From NCBI GenBank assembly GCA_964016885.1, contig OZ024748.1, positions 58,466,001-58,530,000 on the forward strand: a stretch of DNA of 64,000 nt. Reading direction: 5' to 3'. Made by a program: the position numbers and the translations under genes. The first letter of the stretch is position 1. Every line of letters begins with the position of its first letter. Positions 57,308-64,000 of this stretch are shown here, one piece after another. The notes below the pieces were generated by a model. The model searched no databases and was not told the origin of the DNA. It saw only the letters and a list, made by a program, of their open reading frames with translations. The stretch comes from Eledone cirrhosa (taxonomy: Eukaryota).

Positions 57308-58118
57308 CTACTGTCCAATTATATTATATCATTTGATTGTAATCGGAGAAAAGAATACGATCGAGAATACAAACGACAGAAATGGGGTTCCTTCGAAGGA
57401 TCTATAGAGTAACGTTACCAGGTAGAGTGCGAAACGAAGCTCAGAGATCGACGGTATTTGGACTCAGACCGTAACGGGACATAACTATGCTAGGAAGCAT
57501 GGCGTCCAACCCTCTACCGATACTGCCAATTCCCCAACCAGAAATAATGAAAGTTAAAATCGATCAAATTCGAAGTAATTACTGTAAAACATTTAATCTG
57601 ACAAATTAACGCCTGTGTCAATTCCTCAATTCTCTTACAATTTAACAAAACAATATTTTTCACATTATGTGAGATAATTTTCACGTATGCTTCGTTGAAA
57701 TAACAAATATTTAGAGCTATTAGCTTTATTTAATAAGATTCATAATTCACTATGACAAGCTTTTGCTTTTCTTAATAAGGGAGTGGGAAAGAGATATTTA
57801 ATGTTGCTTGTATGTCAGCTGGCTAGCTCTGCTATAAAAGTTCTTTTTGTTTATCAATCAGTTCCCAAAATATTCTGACCTGTAAAACAATGAAACGTAC
57901 ATTTTATCGGCTTAAAACACGGTAAAACATGTGGTATAATCCTGTGTTTCCGCAACGAATTGACATGTCCAAAATTGAAATTTTACTAAACATATCTTGG
58001 TAAAGATCTCGGTTCATTTTATCAGCTCGTTGCAAGTTATTTGGCAGTAGAACAATACAGTCAGGTAGCTACCGTCTTCCTATATAAATATATATAATTT
58101 TGTATATATATATATGCA

Positions 58119-58156
<38 letters not shown>

Positions 58157-58183
58157 CAGACACCCACACACTTTTATATATAT

Positions 58184-58330
<147 letters not shown>

Positions 58331-58374
58331 TATGGGGGAGGTTATAGTCTTGGCCTTATTACACATATTCTAAC

Positions 58375-58437
<63 letters not shown>

Positions 58438-58676
58438 CATGTATATATATACATACATATATAAATATATATATTAGAGAGCGTCTGGGACAGATGCCGT
58501 TCGACAGCTAATTCGAAACGGCAACATCTCAGTCATCGGGCCTCAACTTTCACTAATATCCTATACTCTCTCAATAATAGTCATACTAGTTTAAAACTGG
58601 TAAAATACTAATATATCCAGCTATCTATTTATATATATACATTTATATATATTATTTATATATATATATATATTAC

Positions 58677-58723
<47 letters not shown>

Positions 58724-59297
58724 ATGTAATAGTATGTGTGTGTGGTGCGTGTTTGTGTGTGTGTGTGTGTGTTTAAAGTGAAACGAACATCAGACAGTAA
58801 AAAAATAAAATAAAATATAAATCAAATCAGAAAATCAAATCAACCATCAACGGAATATTACAACGGAAACATTATTGAGAATCGATAAATCGAGAAGTAA
58901 ATCAATATTTCCCAGTGTGAACGAAGGTCTGAAGCATACACAGGAAGAGTGTATTGTTCTATTGAGAGAAATATGTGTACAGTACGTAGTCTACCTCTCT
59001 CATTGACTGACGTATGTGTGTTTATATCCGATAATGAGAAATATGGTCAGGACAATAATACAGACAGATCCATGAAGAGAATAAATATTTTACATTAGTA
59101 AATGGAGGAAATCAAACAATATGTCAATAGTAGTTGACAGACGAGTAAATACGTACTACACATATGCACACACACACACACACACAATTATATATATATA
59201 TATATGTATGTGTGTATTAGCGTACATATAAATAGATAGATATTTTTTCTTTTTGTTTGTATTTATATAGATAAATTAGTCTGCATATATATATATA

Positions 59298-59363
<66 letters not shown>

Positions 59364-59368
59364 TCTGC

Positions 59369-59434
<66 letters not shown>

Positions 59435-59436
<2 letters not shown>

Positions 59437-59618
59437 CGAAGGAAATGTGGTAAGGAACCAGGTGGACCATAACGCACCAAAGTACTCAATACTTGAGGTA
59501 GTAGAGTAGGTAATAGGAACCAGTAAGACCCCGACAGCTGAGCTCAAGCCGTTTCGACGGCTAATTCTGAATTAGCCGTCGAAACGGCTTGAGCTCAGCT
59601 GTCGGGGTCTTACTGGTT

Positions 59619-59623
<5 letters not shown>
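59435..59623 (-). mobile_element. Family F fragment with perfect 55-bp-arm palindrome
   Basis: 59513-59567 is the exact reverse complement of 59569-59623. Confidence 0.88.
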
Positions 59624-59672
<49 letters not shown>

Positions 59673-59850
59673 CATACATATATATGTAATGCAAGCTATT
59701 TATTTTAATCACTGATAATTTCATTAAACCATTATTCTTATCAAGATTCTTCGGTCCAAAACTAACTCACGATATCATATCCAATGTTTAATATTAACAG
59801 CGGTATGTTATTTCTCAAAAAGTAATAAGTGTATTGCACTATATATATAT

Positions 59851-60058
<208 letters not shown>

Positions 60059-60133
60059 GTGTGTGTGTATACATGCATATTTACTTTTATGTACATTTTT
60101 AAATGAGTATATATATGTATGTATATGTATATT

Positions 60134-60166
<33 letters not shown>

Positions 60167-60171
60167 CTGGT

Positions 60172-60221
<50 letters not shown>

Positions 60222-61026
60222 TAAACTATATACTGACAGGCAAGCCGGGCACGTATACATACAAGTTCGAACGTATACATAAGGATATTCATGTGTGTGT
60301 ATATATATATATGGTGTGTGTGTGTATGTGTGTGTGTGTTTGTGTGTGTCTGTGTGTGTGTGTGTGTGGTGTGGTGTGGTGGGTGTTTTAGGTGTGTTTG
60401 TGTAAATATTTGTAGACCTATACATATATGCAGGAACGAGTGAATGTATATGCGTATATTTACATATACAGATTGGACGTTCTTGAGTTATTCCAAAATA
60501 ACACCTTGGAAAGCAGTAACATCTGACATTGATTTTTTTTTTCTTTTACTAAATATATTACGAATGGGTTATTGTATGTGAAATCGTTCGTATTCTCAGC
60601 TACTTGACAAACCAACAACAAAAACGGGAAATATATTTTTCATTGAAATACGACGACAAAAATTATACAGAGTTGTTTTATTATAAATCTTTTTTTTTAG
60701 AATATATTAAAAACTATTATTTCGAAAGCAGACAACAGAATAGATAATTTATCATTGCTGTAAAAATGTTCAATATATATTTATTTCCATATTTAGTTAT
60801 ATGTTTTCTCCTTCTGCTGCACTGTAAGTAAAGAAAGCCATATATTTTAAACTTTAGTCCAGCCAAATTTCTCCCTGTCGTCAGTGTATTGAATATATCG
60901 AACTCCACGTGGTTGCAAATATGAAACTTTTATTTCAACTTCATATCTTAAACCCATGTTCAGATTATATGTGCTCCCTATTTTCACTAGGGACTCTCAG
61001 TACATATATATATATGTGTACATACA

Positions 61027-61068
<42 letters not shown>

Positions 61069-61629
61069 ACAATGTGTGTGTGTATGTATATAACTGTGAG
61101 TCTATGTCTATGTATATAACTATGTGTGAATGTGTGTGTGTGTGTATAAATGTGTGTCTGTTTGCGAATGTATGTGTGTATATGTGTGTCTGTATGTGGC
61201 AAAATTTATATACGAATTACAGGCAACTAAACCTATGACAGCATCGCCTAAAATAGCACTGATGAAACTGAAGGGTAATCTCTGAGCTTGAATAATCTCC
61301 CCTCCCAGACTTCTTTATTTTTTCGACCCCCACCCCGCTCTTATTCCACACACACAGCCCCACTTATTCAATTTTGCCAATCTATCACCGGCACAATTTT
61401 ATTCTAAGTAGTAGCCTTCCTGCGACAATTTATTTTCTTTATACAATAAAAAACATTACATCTGACGAAAAATGAACATTACAGGAAATCCTATAGAATG
61501 AGTTGGGGTCTCAATATGTAAACTAAACGCTTAAGTCTGTTTCTTTTTTGACCTAGATACATTACTGATTTTCCACCCCATGCCCATTTATTCCAGCCAC
61601 GTATTATTTGGTACTCGAATGGTAAGTAA

Positions 61630-61775
61630 ATTGGCAGTATCGGTAGAGGGTCTGACATCATGCTTTGTAGCATAGAGTTACGTCCCCTTACAGTGTGTGT
61701 TCAAATCCCGCCGAGGTTGACTTTGCCTTTCATCCTTACGGAGTCGATAAAAATAAAGTACCAGTAATGCACTGT
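61630..61775 (+). mobile_element. tRNA-derived SINE, 3'-truncated
   Basis: Matches consensus. Confidence 0.85.
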
Positions 61776-62510
61776 GTATTGCCAAAGGTCCTTGAGTTTA
61801 TGTTGACATCAACTCAAATTGTTGTGTTCCCTGTTCGCTCTCTGCTGTCAGACGCCGGACAAAGGACTTTATCTGAAGCAAACTACTGTAGTAGGTTGCG
61901 CTACCACGGTCACTCCTTAGGACATAACTAGTTTGTAAAAGCAGTCCTCATATTTCAAGCATTCAACATGTAATAGAGACAGGTAATCTGTCACATGTTT
62001 TATTCTATTCCCCTCTACACATCCTATCATCTCCAAGAAGATATCACATAGTTTATAAACGTGTCCCGTTATAATTATTCCTATTCGAAAAACAAACATC
62101 GAAAGATTTGAACGTTGGATCAAATCTCTAGTTAGCGTCAAATTGAGAGGGTAAAACTTGATTCTAAATGTGTTCAGCAAGTGTTCATAGGTATAACTTA
62201 ATTTACTCAAATCAATTTTACATCATTCAAACAAAACCATGTCTTCATGCTATACTTATTAAATCCCATGCACACGTATATTCAACGATACAATTAAACA
62301 TTTCATATTTCCAATACTCCTGCTAAATATACATATATACATATGCAAGATGGATGGATAACCACCAGGCGTTCGGTTGGTCTCACTCGTGGATCACGCC
62401 GGATCAATTGAAGATGGTTTCCTCTGACAGGATCCGCTAGAAGGCGTCCTTCAACACTCTCAGCGACCAACCTCCCAGGAAACATTGAGTGACGAAAAAG
62501 AAGAAGACAA

Positions 62511-62588
<78 letters not shown>

Positions 62589-62593
62589 ACATA

Positions 62594-63414
<821 letters not shown>

Positions 63415-63495
63415 GTGTGCAGTTATATTTTGCATGCATTATATATAAATATATAATGCATGCAGCATCTCACAGCGCTGCAATCAATCCGATCG

Positions 63496-63803
<308 letters not shown>

Positions 63804-64000
63804 ATATATATATATATATATAATAAATGTAATCTGAGTTTTTCGAATATTAATAATATCAAATTAAATATACAATTGAGGCTTGTTTGCAAAATTGCAA
63901 ACGAATCAAATGTTATTATTAATATTCGAAAACCTCAGATGACATTTATTGTTTTCAGCCATGTAGAGCGAAATTTTCTTTTATATACATATATATATGG

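Overview
AT-rich animal DNA with no host gene I can recognise. It is probably an octopod cephalopod, judged from a ~185-bp tRNA-derived SINE resembling octopus SINEs (at least 15 copies) and massive (TA)n/(CA)n/(GA)n tracts. Almost all of the ORF track is microsatellite artefact. The real coding remnants are a frameshifted Helitron RepHel 5' part, two decayed mariner transposases, a LINE tail and five Penelope-like element (PLE) endonuclease 3' fragments, three of them missing from the ORF track. The main hidden signal, found by hand-folding: the short unique islands inside the (TA)n tracts are PLE termini carrying type I hammerhead ribozymes (HHR). There are about 20 motifs from more than 10 unrelated families. 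Four families use a compensated U3-A8 catalytic core, several have very long stem II insertions, and many insertions are fold-back palindromes whose turn lies inside the ribozyme. A near-identical 595-bp tandem unit with an HHR in each copy (27019-28095) looks like a young retrozyme able to yield a 595-nt, possibly circular, RNA. All structures were read by eye and none was tested computationally or experimentally.
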